Assembly (NCBI GenBank): GCA_003707115.1
Contig: PPNB01000011.1
Coordinates: 124,001 to 188,000 of the forward strand
Origin: Tortispora ganteri
Lineage: Eukaryota
Direction of reading: 5' to 3'
DNA: 64,000 bases
Shown: positions 40,923 through 51,658 of the stretch, piece after piece
How positions within the stretch are numbered: position 1 is the first letter of the stretch
Layout: every line of letters starts with the position of its first letter
Program-made: the position numbers and the translations under genes
The notes under the pieces: model-generated
Told to the model about the DNA's origin: nothing
What the model saw: only the letters and a program-made list of their open reading frames with translations
The model's database searches: none

Positions 40923-42647
40923 TTATAATCTACCTCCACCAGTAGACATCAGTACAACCCGTTTCTGCTTTCTTCCTTTCCGCATTTTGGTTTCCACAAC
41001 TGGAGGTCGTGTATCGTCTCGAAAAAGCAAATCACTGTACTCCGGAACTTCGTAAGTGCCCGGCGGAGCATACCATTCAGGAACTACCGACGAACCGTTT
41101 CGTGCAACATCTGAGAATGCCACAGGCGGCATGTGCAGGCTTGATGCAACACTGCTTCCACCGTTGCCATCACCTATATCTTCCTTAGAAAGCTCTAGCG
41201 CTAGAGTCAAGTCTGAATCGTCAATTGAAAATCTGGAGAATGTCGTCTCATCAATTTGCACTTCTTTCCGATTCTTAGATTCCTCCGCGGCAATCCATCG
41301 CGCCCTTTGTCGATCTTCCCGACGTTCTTTTTCTCTTCTGACTTTCACTCGCTTTACGAGCTCTTTCTCGTGAAGTTTTAAAGTCTCAGGCGACACTATT
41401 CCGCGCCAATCACACTCCAAAAACGAAACCTCCGCACCGAGTGGTAAGTTACGCAAAAAGCGTCTATGTGACCGCATCTCTTCTGTCACTATATGCCCAG
41501 AGGATATGTGTTGAACACGTACTAAAAGCGAAGTAGGAAATTTGGAGTAGTCTTGAAACTCAGATTTGAGCACTTTCAAATCAATATTAGAGAGGAAACA
41601 TCTGCTTCCATCTTTAGGCTGATAGAAATACATCATGTTCTCATTCTCAGGCACACTGTCAGAATTGTTAACCTTAAGCTTCTCACTCTGTTCAATTGCC
41701 GCAAGCTCCACAATAGCGGCTTCAACATTAGCAACCGCTTTGTCGGCCCAAAAAGTTGTGTCAAGGTCCGGATATAAAACGAGGTCTGCTTCCGCGACGG
41801 ATTTAATGTGAGAAATGTCATGCTCAAGCTGCGTACACATGTACTGAGGCGAGCCGATCAACAACCGGGACGTCAAAATGCATTCAGCATCTTCTACAGC
41901 AGGCAGAGCGCTTTGCAAAGGTGTGTCAGCGGGGAATGTCACAGAACATGGGTTCTTCCAGGCCATAAGTCGGAGTCTAATGTCTGCCCCTGGATGTGGG
42001 TGATCTGACCGGTTGGTCTCAATAAATCTGACAGGTTTCAGATCTTTCGGGTGAATGCGATCCGCACATTGCGGGCAGCTTCTATGCAGCGACTTGGCTT
42101 CCGGATCAGAGGCAAAAAGTTTTAATGAGCAGGTTAAACACATTATATGGCCGCATCGAGCCATCCGCGGCGCAGTAGCGGGTTCAACCAAACATATTGG
42201 GCAGGGACCGGCCTGCTGAGGTAGTGCCAACACTTGCAGAACTAATGCCCACGGAACAGGCTCATCCGGCGCATTCGCAAGGAGAGATAGCGAAGGATCA
42301 GCTCTCAAAACAAATCGGTAGTTCGCAGATACGATCTCAGCGTTATCGCGATACCATTTAGCGATCCGCGGCCGGGGGTCTTGATGCGCAGGTCTTGCAT
42401 CATAATAACCACTAAACGAGTAGTAGTCATCCAGCGCCGATTGAGTAGAGACCTTGGACTTAGTAGCACTGTCTCGTCTACGGCCTTCAGGTCTGGGCTT
42501 GCGTTTACTTGTGTTTACAGGATTAAGTGGAGCTCTGGCGGAGGGGCGAGGTTGCGTATGTGTCGGCATCGCGCGCGGAGGCGGGGAGTCTAATGGAGGC
42601 GGAAGAGGCGGCAAAACACGTCTTTGAGAATCACGTTTGTTATTCAT
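40923..42647 (-). CDS. MAG2: RING finger protein RNF10/Mag2-like
   Basis: ANYRFVL, CPICL..P.TAPRMARCGHIMC..C, RFLRNLPLGAEVSFLECD and a C-terminal VVLMSTGG. Confidence 0.8.
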   Translation of the reverse strand: MNNKRDSQRRVLPPLPPPLDSPPPRAMPTHTQPRPSARAPLNPVNTSKRKPRPEGRRRDSATKSKVSTQSALDDYYSFSGYYDARPAHQDPRPRIAKWYRDNAEIVSANYRFVLRADPSLSLLANAPDEPVPWALVLQVLALPQQAGPCPICLVEPATAPRMARCGHIMCLTCSLKLFASDPEAKSLHRSCPQCADRIHPKDLKPVRFIETNRSDHPHPGADIRLRLMAWKNPCSVTFPADTPLQSALPAVEDAECILTSRLLIGSPQYMCTQLEHDISHIKSVAEADLVLYPDLDTTFWADKAVANVEAAIVELAAIEQSEKLKVNNSDSVPENENMMYFYQPKDGSRCFLSNIDLKVLKSEFQDYSKFPTSLLVRVQHISSGHIVTEEMRSHRRFLRNLPLGAEVSFLECDWRGIVSPETLKLHEKELVKRVKVRREKERREDRQRARWIAAEESKNRKEVQIDETTFSRFSIDDSDLTLALELSKEDIGDGNGGSSVASSLHMPPVAFSDVARNGSSVVPEWYAPPGTYEVPEYSDLLFRDDTRPPVVETKMRKGRKQKRVVLMSTGGGRL

Positions 42648-42852
42648 GACAAAATAAAACAGGAAACAGCTTTGTTTGCCACCCAGCCGATCCAGTCAAA
42701 GGCTACAAGCGCCTTCCAGAAACTGGTGTTAGCAGAGTAGAGGCTAAGAGAGGTACAGGGTATTCTCCCAGTGAATGGTGGCTAACACGAATCACGTGAT
42801 CTACAGCGTTTGAAGATTCTAGCGAGGATTTATATAGCAGAGATAGGAATGT

Positions 42853-43617
42853 TCAGTGAGCGGCTGCAGCTTCAGACTGGGGACGTCGACGAACTGATTC
42901 TGCTTCTTTTTCTTCTTCAATTAGTTTGACCACTTTTTCAATTTCAGATGCTTCTAGAGTTTCGAGCGTTTTGCCTGGGCTCATTAAGACGATTTCAATG
43001 TTATTTGAGCCAGTTTGCACGATTTCTAGTAGCGCTTTAACTGTGAGCTTTATGCTTTCGTCACGATCCAGATCTGGTTTGTAGTGTTTCTCCAGGAATT
43101 CTCTCACGGTCTTGGAGGATCTTCCCACGGCATTGGCTTTCCATGCGGAATAGATGCCTGAAGGTTCTGTAAGGTACAATCTTGGGGTAGAATCGTTCGG
43201 GTCAAAGCCAGCAATGAGAGTTGATATGCCGAACGGCCTGACGCCGCCACTCTGTGTATATCGCTGCTGGACGCCAGCTACAAATCGAGTTAGATATTCG
43301 ACAGTGACAGGGTCTTCTACCTGCAGACGATGCGATTGAGCTTCAACTCGCGCTTTGTCCAGAAGAATTCTGGCATCCGCATGAAGTCCAGCAAATGCGA
43401 GTACAACATGTTTATCTACAACGCCGATTTTTGATGGCGTGGTGCGCTCGTCTTGCAGTTTGACTGCTGCGCGGCGTTCGCATCCCAGCACGACAATGTC
43501 TTTACCCTTCACGCCTACAGCACACGTTCCCCTCTTTACAGCTTCGTGTGCATATTCTACTTGAAACACGTGTCCATCGGGACTGAATACCGACAATGCC
43601 CGATCGTATCCGCTCAT
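42853..43617 (-). CDS. PRE6: 20S proteasome subunit alpha-4
   Basis: [23 protein letters not shown] and [13 protein letters not shown] motifs. Confidence 0.97.
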   Translation of the reverse strand: MSGYDRALSVFSPDGHVFQVEYAHEAVKRGTCAVGVKGKDIVVLGCERRAAVKLQDERTTPSKIGVVDKHVVLAFAGLHADARILLDKARVEAQSHRLQVEDPVTVEYLTRFVAGVQQRYTQSGGVRPFGISTLIAGFDPNDSTPRLYLTEPSGIYSAWKANAVGRSSKTVREFLEKHYKPDLDRDESIKLTVKALLEIVQTGSNNIEIVLMSPGKTLETLEASEIEKVVKLIEEEKEAESVRRRPQSEAAAAH

Positions 43618-44004
43618 TGATTATTATTTGCGGTTCTGGTAAGTTGTTAAGAGGCAATCTTCACAACCGTACCTGTGAGGTGTGTCTCCATCCCAAGGCT
43701 CGACGGCGCTTCTGATTGGTCAGCAATGAATACTTCAGTAAACACTTGAAGCAATTAGAAATTGATTCAGACTTATGAAATTTACCTTTTAAATTGTCAA
43801 ACTGCTTATAATAAAAAAAATACATGTTATTAGGGTGACAAAAGCGACTAATTAGACAGCTGAAGGTACACTCCACCATCGGTAGTATATTACCCTTTCG
43901 AGTTTCACCTGAACCTTATTCTTTTCATACCTCCACACTACCGCAATTTCTTTCTTTCTGTCATATTTCTCGCAAGACGTGGACATAAGAGCCTATCAGA
44001 CAGT

Positions 44005-45576
44005 ATGTTTACTTTGAGGATATTAGCGAGGAATTTGCGGAAGTTACAGACAGTAAACCAGCTACGGGCGCGCGTTTCTGTTAACAGATTCTCCTCATAC
44101 ACACCTACTCGCTCAGGGTTAACGGCTGAATCATACCCTGAGCTGCGCCGCGGTCCTTTCTCCAGGCTTACAGACGCCGATATTCAGTATTTTGAGTCGA
44201 TTCTACCAAAAAACGCGGTCATTACTGACCCTTCAGATATTGAACCGTGGAATGAAGACTGGATGCATAAGTACAAGGGCCAGTCAAAACTGATGCTCAA
44301 ACCAAAAACTACCGAACAAGTAAGTGCTATTCTCAAGTACTGCAATGACAAATCACTTGCTGTTGTCCCACAAGCTGGTAATACGGGATTAGTTGGTGGC
44401 TCAGTGCCTGTATTCGACGAGATCATTGTCTCGGTCGCTGCTATGAATAACATCCGTTCGTTTGATCCTATCTCCGGAACGCTGATCGCAGACGCTGGCT
44501 GTATTCTCGAAACCACAGATTCCTATCTTGCTGAACGAGGATTTATTTTCCCGCTTGATTTAGGAGCAAAAGGGTCTTGCCAAATTGGTGGCAATGTCTC
44601 CACGAACGCCGGAGGTTTGCGTCTACTGCGCTACGGATCGCTTCACGGAACTGTTCTAGGAATCGAAGCTGTGCTGGCCGATGGCCGCATCATTTCTACG
44701 ATCGATTCTATGCGTAAAGACAATACTGGTCTTGACGTGAAACAACTTTTTATTGGTGCCGAAGGTATACTGGGCGTCGTCACTGGTGTTTCTATCTTGT
44801 GTCCTGCCCGCCCCAAAGCTGTCAATGTTGGCTATTTTGCGGTATCGTCATTTGACTCTGTACGCAAGGTATTTGGACGAGCAAAAGAGGAACTTGGAGA
44901 GATTCTGTCAGCATTTGAGTTTATGGACAGACAATCACAGATCATTGTAGGTGAACAACTCGATCATCTTGTCTGGCCTCTTGAATCGAATGAGCACCCG
45001 TTCTACCTTGTCATTGAAACATCTGGTTCTAACAAGGAGCACGACGATGCAAAACTAGAAAAATTCTTAGAGGATATTATGGAAAGTGGCGATGTTGTTG
45101 ACGGAGTAGTTGCTCAAGACGAGACACAACTCCTTAACCTTTGGTCGTGGCGTGAAGGTATTGCCGAAGCCATGGGAAAGGCCGGTGGAGTTTATAAATA
45201 TGACGTGTCAATTCCTTTGTCACACTTTTACGATCTTGTAATTGATGTGAGGCAAAGATTAGGTGAAAAACAACTCTACGGAACAGAAGGAGCACCTGTT
45301 ATGGAAGCTGTGGGCTATGGACACATTGGAGACGGAAACCTGCATTTGAACGTCGGAGTTAAGCAGTATACTAAAGATGTTGAAAAGGCGCTTGAACCAT
45401 ATGTATTTGAATGGATTCAAGAGCATAAGGGATCTATTTCTGCTGAACATGGACTTGGATTTGCAAAACGTCCGTTCCTTCGTTACAACAAATCACCAGA
45501 AATGATCGAATTCATGAAATCTATAAAGAATCTACTGGATCCGAAGGGGATTATGAACCCATACAAATATATGTGA
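44005..45576 (+). CDS. DLD2: Mitochondrial D-2-hydroxyglutarate / D-lactate dehydrogenase (FAD-linked)
   Basis: Presequence; [33 protein letters not shown] and SISAEHGLG motifs. Confidence 0.93.
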   Translation: MFTLRILARNLRKLQTVNQLRARVSVNRFSSYTPTRSGLTAESYPELRRGPFSRLTDADIQYFESILPKNAVITDPSDIEPWNEDWMHKYKGQSKLMLKPKTTEQVSAILKYCNDKSLAVVPQAGNTGLVGGSVPVFDEIIVSVAAMNNIRSFDPISGTLIADAGCILETTDSYLAERGFIFPLDLGAKGSCQIGGNVSTNAGGLRLLRYGSLHGTVLGIEAVLADGRIISTIDSMRKDNTGLDVKQLFIGAEGILGVVTGVSILCPARPKAVNVGYFAVSSFDSVRKVFGRAKEELGEILSAFEFMDRQSQIIVGEQLDHLVWPLESNEHPFYLVIETSGSNKEHDDAKLEKFLEDIMESGDVVDGVVAQDETQLLNLWSWREGIAEAMGKAGGVYKYDVSIPLSHFYDLVIDVRQRLGEKQLYGTEGAPVMEAVGYGHIGDGNLHLNVGVKQYTKDVEKALEPYVFEWIQEHKGSISAEHGLGFAKRPFLRYNKSPEMIEFMKSIKNLLDPKGIMNPYKYM

Positions 45577-45612
45577 AAAGTCGTTATTTTGTCATAAAAG
45601 AGAATATTCACA

Positions 45613-48141
45613 CTAAGCGCTAATATATCTTAGCGTATATATATTTTCATCAGTAGGACGAACAATGTCTTTCTGCAAGCCAGTTACATTTTGCTGGATC
45701 TTTCTGCAAATTCGCGTAAATATTGACCGGTTAGAACGAATGTATGGCCCATGTGAAATAAACAGCGCCTTTATCCAAAGTAAGTAAAATTCCACATGAT
45801 GCGTAGTCTCCATTTCCTTGCCAATATATTGCAGAAAGTTCTCAAGGTACACCACCGGCACGCTTTGAGCAATCAGGTTGATGATTTTGTAAGGAATGTT
45901 TTCACAGACCTGTCTGATCAGATAATCCTCATTTAATCTGAAAGCCATCACAAGCGCCTGGATATAGTTCTTTTCTTTGAGCACTTCTAGCGTGGACGCA
46001 GGGGACACTGTTATGTCGAGATCAAAGGGGTCAAATAAAAGAATATTGTCTAGCGAGTACATTAAAAGACCTTCAGTAGCACATACGGCAAAAGATCTGC
46101 CAGTAGGGTCAAATTTGACTGAAGATACTCTGATTGCTGGTTGAGTTTTGCGTTTGGACAGATCACCACGCGAAGCCCCTGGTAAAGTGTTGTCTATTCG
46201 GTCTTCAAGGTCCGACGCATCACCTGTAGTATCGATAGAATCCACAGGTCCAGCTTCAGTCAACAGGCTGGAGTTCAAATACTTCTGTGTACCCTGGAGT
46301 TGCATATTCATAGACACCGTGTACTGTTTTACAAGCACAGAGGATGCGATATCGTAGAGACAGACATAGTTGGCGTTTCCACCACCAATAATGCACGAGC
46401 CGTCAGGAGAGTAAGCAATAGTCGAGAAGAACTTGGCTCGTGAAGAATTCTTAGCAGTGAATCGATCTCCAGAGTGTCGGCCGCCTGCTATATCTTTGCG
46501 GCCATCGATCATTCCCATTTGTTTACCCTCTGCGACATCGTAGAACACGATCTGACCGTCTAGCGTTGAGACAGCCAGTTCCTTAGAGTCTGGACGCATG
46601 TCGATGGCCAGAACATCGGAAGACATCTGAATTGGCTCTACGTCATGCGCACGACTGAACACGTTCCATAAACGGACAGTGCGGTCCCAGCTTCCAGAAG
46701 CCAGAACACCCGAAATGTCACCAAATGCTAGAGAAACCACTGGACCTTCATGGCCCTGCAGTGAGTCGAGATATTGACCGGTTTGCACAGACCAGACATG
46801 GATGTCATAATTGTTCAGAGAACCTGCACAGACGATTTCACCGGATGGATCGACAGCGAGACTACTGAACTGGACCCTATCCGGGGCTGTGAAAGTTCTA
46901 AAATTGCGGTAACGGATAAGATCGTAGGCTCGAATTGAGCCATCAAGTGACGCGGTAAATACTACGTCACCACGTCTGGAGAAAGCGAGCGCAGTAACAG
47001 CAGACGAATGTTCAGAAAAGGTCACAATCGAGAAGCCTGTTAAAGTGTCCCAGACTTTGACCTTGCCGTCGTCAGAGGCAGTTATAAGCTTAGAACCATC
47101 AGGCGAGTAGACCAGCGCGCTCATGGCATCATAATGGCCCTGCTGTTTCAGGATGTACGATTCAGATTGCCACTCCCATACGAGCAGCTGGCCGAGTTTG
47201 CTAGATCCAAAAGCAAGCCATTCTCCGGAACTGTTTATTGTGACAGAATCGATATTGTGTTGTGAGATGGATATTGTGTGGAAGGTCGAGAACGCAGGAA
47301 GCTCTACGAGCGAGAACACGCCGTCAGCAAACCCTGCGACGAGCATATTAGACGTTGGCCGGAATGCCGCGCAAACTATTTTTGAAGATCTGTTGAAGTA
47401 GTGTTTGTCAGTAATACTCCAAGTGGCGGGTATTTCATCGTCGGGCATATCGTCGAGCATATCGTCTGCAGCTTCTGGTTGGATATAGTTCCAGACAAAT
47501 AAAGCGCCGTCCTGACTGAGTGTGTATATAGTTTCCTGGTCGTCAGAAAAAAATGCTGCAACAAGTGGCTCGCGATGGCCGTAAAGTGCAGCCGCTGCTA
47601 GAACATCCTCGGTATACAACGAATAGATCCGCGCAGACAAGTCCTTGGACGCCGTGAGGAAAAATCGTGTATCTGCAGACCACTGAATATGGACAACATC
47701 GTCGTAATGGCCAGTATAAATTCTGTGACGTACAAAGGGCGCAAATGAAACGCTTGTCACAGATACAGGCGTCTTCCAGACCTCTATGTGTCTACCAGTA
47801 GCAGCTGCGAATACGGTACCATCAGGAGAGAACTCGATTCGTGTGACTTTCTGCTTGAATGTAAAGTGATAAAGCACTGCCCGGGTAACGAAATTGACCA
47901 AAATACCTCGACCGTCAACGTCTACAGATAAAAGTAGCGTAGCTTGTGGGTTCAAGGCGATACAGCTGATATTCTTTCTGTGCTCGTAGGCGAAGGTATA
48001 GGAGCGGTTACCGACAAGATCAAAGTACGATACCCTGTTGCCGACGGGACTGAGAATACCTTTACCATCTGGCACAAAGACAAGATTTCCCTGCTTATAC
48101 ACGGTACCGAGAAGGTTCGATAGGTGGAAATTGGTCTTCAT
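45613..48141 (-). CDS. PWP2: Periodic tryptophan protein 2 (SSU processome UTP-B)
   Basis: MKTNFHLSNLLGTVYKQGN start (ATG 48141), GQLLVWEWQSESYILKQQGH and YDLIRYRNFRTF. Confidence 0.97.
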   Translation of the reverse strand: MKTNFHLSNLLGTVYKQGNLVFVPDGKGILSPVGNRVSYFDLVGNRSYTFAYEHRKNISCIALNPQATLLLSVDVDGRGILVNFVTRAVLYHFTFKQKVTRIEFSPDGTVFAAATGRHIEVWKTPVSVTSVSFAPFVRHRIYTGHYDDVVHIQWSADTRFFLTASKDLSARIYSLYTEDVLAAAALYGHREPLVAAFFSDDQETIYTLSQDGALFVWNYIQPEAADDMLDDMPDDEIPATWSITDKHYFNRSSKIVCAAFRPTSNMLVAGFADGVFSLVELPAFSTFHTISISQHNIDSVTINSSGEWLAFGSSKLGQLLVWEWQSESYILKQQGHYDAMSALVYSPDGSKLITASDDGKVKVWDTLTGFSIVTFSEHSSAVTALAFSRRGDVVFTASLDGSIRAYDLIRYRNFRTFTAPDRVQFSSLAVDPSGEIVCAGSLNNYDIHVWSVQTGQYLDSLQGHEGPVVSLAFGDISGVLASGSWDRTVRLWNVFSRAHDVEPIQMSSDVLAIDMRPDSKELAVSTLDGQIVFYDVAEGKQMGMIDGRKDIAGGRHSGDRFTAKNSSRAKFFSTIAYSPDGSCIIGGGNANYVCLYDIASSVLVKQYTVSMNMQLQGTQKYLNSSLLTEAGPVDSIDTTGDASDLEDRIDNTLPGASRGDLSKRKTQPAIRVSSVKFDPTGRSFAVCATEGLLMYSLDNILLFDPFDLDITVSPASTLEVLKEKNYIQALVMAFRLNEDYLIRQVCENIPYKIINLIAQSVPVVYLENFLQYIGKEMETTHHVEFYLLWIKALFISHGPYIRSNRSIFTRICRKIQQNVTGLQKDIVRPTDENIYTLRYISA

Positions 48142-48240
48142 TTTTATATGTAAAAGGTACAAATGACTTAGAGGTATAAGAAAAAAATAGTGTTCGAAGA
48201 AGTGTGAAAAAGTCTTGTTTCCTAAAAGGGTAAGTCCCAC

Positions 48241-48250
48241 AAAATTTTCA
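48241..48250. promoter_or_regulatory. RRPE-like element AAAATTTTCA in the PWP2/MPP6 divergent promoter
   Basis: Matches the ribosome-biogenesis RRPE consensus and lies between two RNA-processing genes. Confidence 0.45.
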
Positions 48251-48328
48251 TCTAACTACAGAAATACATAGGCAGTAGTAGCAAAAAACCAGCCTCGACA
48301 GCGACATAATTGTCCCTTTCTGCCGAAA

Positions 48329-48982
48329 ATGTCGTCGCGGCTTATGACAATGAAGTTTATGCAGAAGGCGGAGGCACGGGAAAAGAAGGCTGATTATAGT
48401 ATACCTGAAATTGTACCGGTTAGTCAAACGGATACAGAAACAAAGTCAATAGATGGATCTGAACATTGGGGATCAAGTCCTGTTCCAATAACAAAGAATA
48501 TTAATCATATAACTTATGTAGGGTATAGTGATCCAATATTTGGTAATCAGAGTATTGGAAGACGCAGCTACGGCATTACTGCAAAGAAACGGAAGCTTGA
48601 TGAGTTTAATGCGGATATAGATACACATACTGATGATGAACAGTCTGATCATCGCTCATCTAAACATACACCTAAACACTCAAAAATATTCTCTTTATTG
48701 GCATCTAGAGACTCTCCGGATCCTTCTTCTGACAACTTTAAGAGCATTATGGATAAAGTAGATAAGGAGTTCATCTCGAATGCCCAACATATGAAACAAT
48801 TATCTGGCGGTGCATCTACATTACATCGATCTAGTCAGTTTCAGTCAAAGAAAGGTATATCTAAACCCCAAAGAGCACCTAAAAAGAGAAAACAGCTCTT
48901 ACAGTACGAGAAATCACAGCGGCAGAAGGCAAAAAAGGAAAAGCGGTTTGAGAAACGAGCTAACCTCGTTTCGCACGAATAA
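48329..48982 (+). CDS. MPP6-like nuclear exosome cofactor (tentative)
   Basis: N-terminal SSRLMTMKFMQ and downstream GRRSYG motifs; basic low-complexity tail. Confidence 0.6.
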   Translation: MSSRLMTMKFMQKAEAREKKADYSIPEIVPVSQTDTETKSIDGSEHWGSSPVPITKNINHITYVGYSDPIFGNQSIGRRSYGITAKKRKLDEFNADIDTHTDDEQSDHRSSKHTPKHSKIFSLLASRDSPDPSSDNFKSIMDKVDKEFISNAQHMKQLSGGASTLHRSSQFQSKKGISKPQRAPKKRKQLLQYEKSQRQKAKKEKRFEKRANLVSHE

Positions 48983-48999
48983 CTTTTCTTTTTCTCTCG

Positions 49000-49968
49000 T
49001 TACTTCTTTTTTTTGCCCGAAAGGAACTTACCTGCTTCTAGAGCGCTTCTAGTTGCTATATTAATGTCTTTAAATCGATCAGGTCCTAACAATGTTCCTC
49101 CAAACCAGCGGGAAACAACTACAAGAACGTTCTCGACACCCTATTTGTTAGTATCACTCAACGGTTAGTGTCGAGTTACTTACCGTGATCTAGTCGTTAG
49201 TATGTCAGAAGAGAATAGTTAACAGTTGACTGGTAAATTGTTGATTCGGGCAACATTACTTACCGATAGAAGATGAAGCATTCGAGAACCAGCTGCAGTT
49301 TCACCGTCGTCGTCGCAATCTTGAGCCATCATACCGTTAGCGAGCTTTATACGATATGCGTACATATTGTGAGTTGCTCTGCCAACTTTTTTGTCAAGTT
49401 TTAAAACTTCGAGTCGCTGCTGCGCTTCTTCCACCGAATGAACTTCAACCGCGAACCCGAGGAATGTACTCTTACGATCCACTACCGGCTCGCCGATGCT
49501 CCAGCCCTTTTTGGGGTCATCGTCCGGCTTCCAGTCTATGAGATCATAATTTCCAATCTCTTTCCTGCGTGTCTGGTAAATGTCAGAATTCGTTTCGGCT
49601 TCATTGTCGTCTCCGTGATAAGACACGGGCGCGACAGACTCCTCGAGCGCAGCCAGGGCCACAGGATCATAGGAATCCAGTTCTACCCGCGCTCTAAGAG
49701 CGTCAATCAGTTCAAATACGCACACTTCGCCTTCTCGAAAAACATCGTTTTCCAAAATCGCCTGGATATCTGCTACCGAGTATTTGTCGGGTCGCACTGA
49801 TACTACACGCGGGCCCACTTCCGGGTACGTGGGGGCGAAGTCCAGCATCACCTCCATATCCTCGCAATCTGGCGGTCGCAGAACATATCGCCCACCTGAA
49901 ACTTCTACTAAGCATTCTGGATAAATCGAATTTGTCGCCAGAACCTCGTCTGCAAGTTCACTAGCCAT
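49000..49968 (-). CDS. YIH1: IMPACT family Gcn2 regulator; three exons (49968-49264, 49189-49184, 49140-49000)
   Basis: RWD domain, DRKSTF, ATHNMYAYR and DDDGETAAG. Splicing gives HLLS-IT-GVENVLVVVSRWFGGTLLGPDRFKDIN...SGKKKK*. Confidence 0.92.
49141..49183 (-). other. YIH1 intron 2 (43 nt)
   Basis: GTAAGT ... CACTAAC ... TACTAAC AAA TAG, phase 0. Confidence 0.85.
49190..49263 (-). other. YIH1 intron 1 (74 nt)
   Basis: GTAAGT ... TACTAAC GAC TAG, phase 0. Confidence 0.88.
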
Positions 49969-50359
49969 ATGCTGCTATTGTATGTCGAAATCTACCTTTC
50001 GCGTATTTGGGACTACTGCCTTTGTACCTGGGCTGAATTTCTACGGTTATATTATATAACCCTTACTTCCTCGAAAACGCGCAATTCGCTTAAATAACAA
50101 TAATATTCTATAATAACAATCATACTTTACAATTGGTAGCACATCTCTAACGGTATCGCAGTAAACCATAGTACACTATGCTACGCTGGTACCACATAGT
50201 CGCATACACTACCTAATTAGGCAATGAGGCTCATATAGAGAATAAATTTTCTGTCCAGCAGCAACAACACCAATCGAACCACTGTATTTTTTTCTTTTTT
50301 TCGTCCTACAGTTAGCCCTAACTAGCTTCAAACACTTTCTGTACACACTAAATAAAGAA

Positions 50360-51550
50360 ATGAGAATAATAGCTTTAACAGACAGCAGTTGCGGGCTGAA
50401 AGATGTGACTTTTGAGCCTGGAACTGACACTTCTGTGAAGTCACAGACTGATTCTAAGCTGCAGATCATGAAACACGAATACGCAATGACTGAACCAGTA
50501 ACAGCAGCTGCGTATGCTCCAGTGACTGCATATGGACCGCGATTGGCTGTGATTACTGCTAGTACGTTTCAGCTGTTCACTCTTGACCAACTTGACCAAC
50601 CAGAACGCGTCTTTCATTTAACAAGCAAGGACACCTACTTCACACTTCAATACACGCAATACCAGTGCCTCTTTGCATGCGGTGTAAACGGCACGATTGT
50701 GCATTCTGATGTGTCGAATGAAGATACACCAGTTAAGGAGTTGTACTCTAAAAGGACGAAATCGCGGCATGGACTGTCGGCATTCCGGGCGCACCCCGTT
50801 CAGCAAAGAGTGATCGCATATGGCGGTAAAGAGACCGAACTAACATTGACCACTGTGGATGGACTTGAATCGGGGGTTAGCAGATTTAAAGCCAAAAATG
50901 TCAAGAACGACGAGCTTGATCTGCGTGTGCCTGTATGGGTCAGCGATATCCAATTCCTAGATGTCAATAGACCTGCCTCTGAAGGTTACAGAATAGCTAT
51001 CTCTACGCGTTACGGACAAATACGCATATATGAAACGAATGTATCTCGCCGTCCTATACGCGACATCGAGGCATCAGAGTACCCTATAGTTGCACTTACG
51101 ATGGGTTTAGCGGACGACTTCTTAATATTCTCTAATGCACAGGCTGAGACGTGTATGTTCAACGCGGCAACTGGTCAGATCGGCGGCAAGTTCAGGGGTG
51201 CATCAGGGTCAACGTTAACCCTAGAATCTGGATATGTTTATGGTACAGATTCAGAAGCAGAAGACTCTCGGCGTGCTCAGTGCGTGCCTGTTCGGGGAAT
51301 TATCGCTACAGGATCATTAGACCGCGTGCTTCGCGTGTACAATGTGGAGACACGATCAAAGATTGCGCATATTTATCTTAATAGCCGCATCATATCTCTC
51401 TGTATTATTGATCCGGACTTCTCTAAGGCTACTGATGCTAAAATTGAAGGAACAGGTTCGCCAGAACAGGGTAAAGACGAGCAGGACGAACAGGAAGGTA
51501 ACGATTCAGACGATGAACTGTGGAATTCTATTCCTGAGTCGCGCACATAA
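50360..51550 (+). CDS. NSA1: 60S biogenesis factor Nsa1 (WDR74)
   Basis: AYGGKE, FKAKNVKNDELDLRVPVWVSDI, TRYGQIRIY..RRP and GSLDRVLRVY motifs. Confidence 0.92.
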   Translation: MRIIALTDSSCGLKDVTFEPGTDTSVKSQTDSKLQIMKHEYAMTEPVTAAAYAPVTAYGPRLAVITASTFQLFTLDQLDQPERVFHLTSKDTYFTLQYTQYQCLFACGVNGTIVHSDVSNEDTPVKELYSKRTKSRHGLSAFRAHPVQQRVIAYGGKETELTLTTVDGLESGVSRFKAKNVKNDELDLRVPVWVSDIQFLDVNRPASEGYRIAISTRYGQIRIYETNVSRRPIRDIEASEYPIVALTMGLADDFLIFSNAQAETCMFNAATGQIGGKFRGASGSTLTLESGYVYGTDSEAEDSRRAQCVPVRGIIATGSLDRVLRVYNVETRSKIAHIYLNSRIISLCIIDPDFSKATDAKIEGTGSPEQGKDEQDEQEGNDSDDELWNSIPESRT

Positions 51551-51658
51551 AGCGATTTTTTGCTTAAGAAAGACTAGTGAAACTTGCCTTTCTTTTTTTA
51601 ATTAGTGGAACAACTGCATTTAATTACCTGAAAGCGTCTATTAAAACGCTATTCTTCT

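Noticed and set aside
43636..43672. Possible 37-nt 5' UTR intron in PRE6 (GTACGG...CTTAAC...CAG)
   Set aside because: Weak donor and branch point, very short, and it does not fit the TACTAAC-NNN-TAG pattern.
48142..48240. GTG/TTG-started extensions in the ORF track for PWP2 (also PHO80, RMD8, FOX2, MFS and the Nrg1-like gene)
   Set aside because: They are short, have no targeting or family signal, and a good ATG follows closely, unlike ULP2 and FOL1.
49021..49035. Third GTAAGT donor near the YIH1 3' end
   Set aside because: The unspliced frame ends normally (AGKFLSGKKKK*) and no branch point/acceptor follows.
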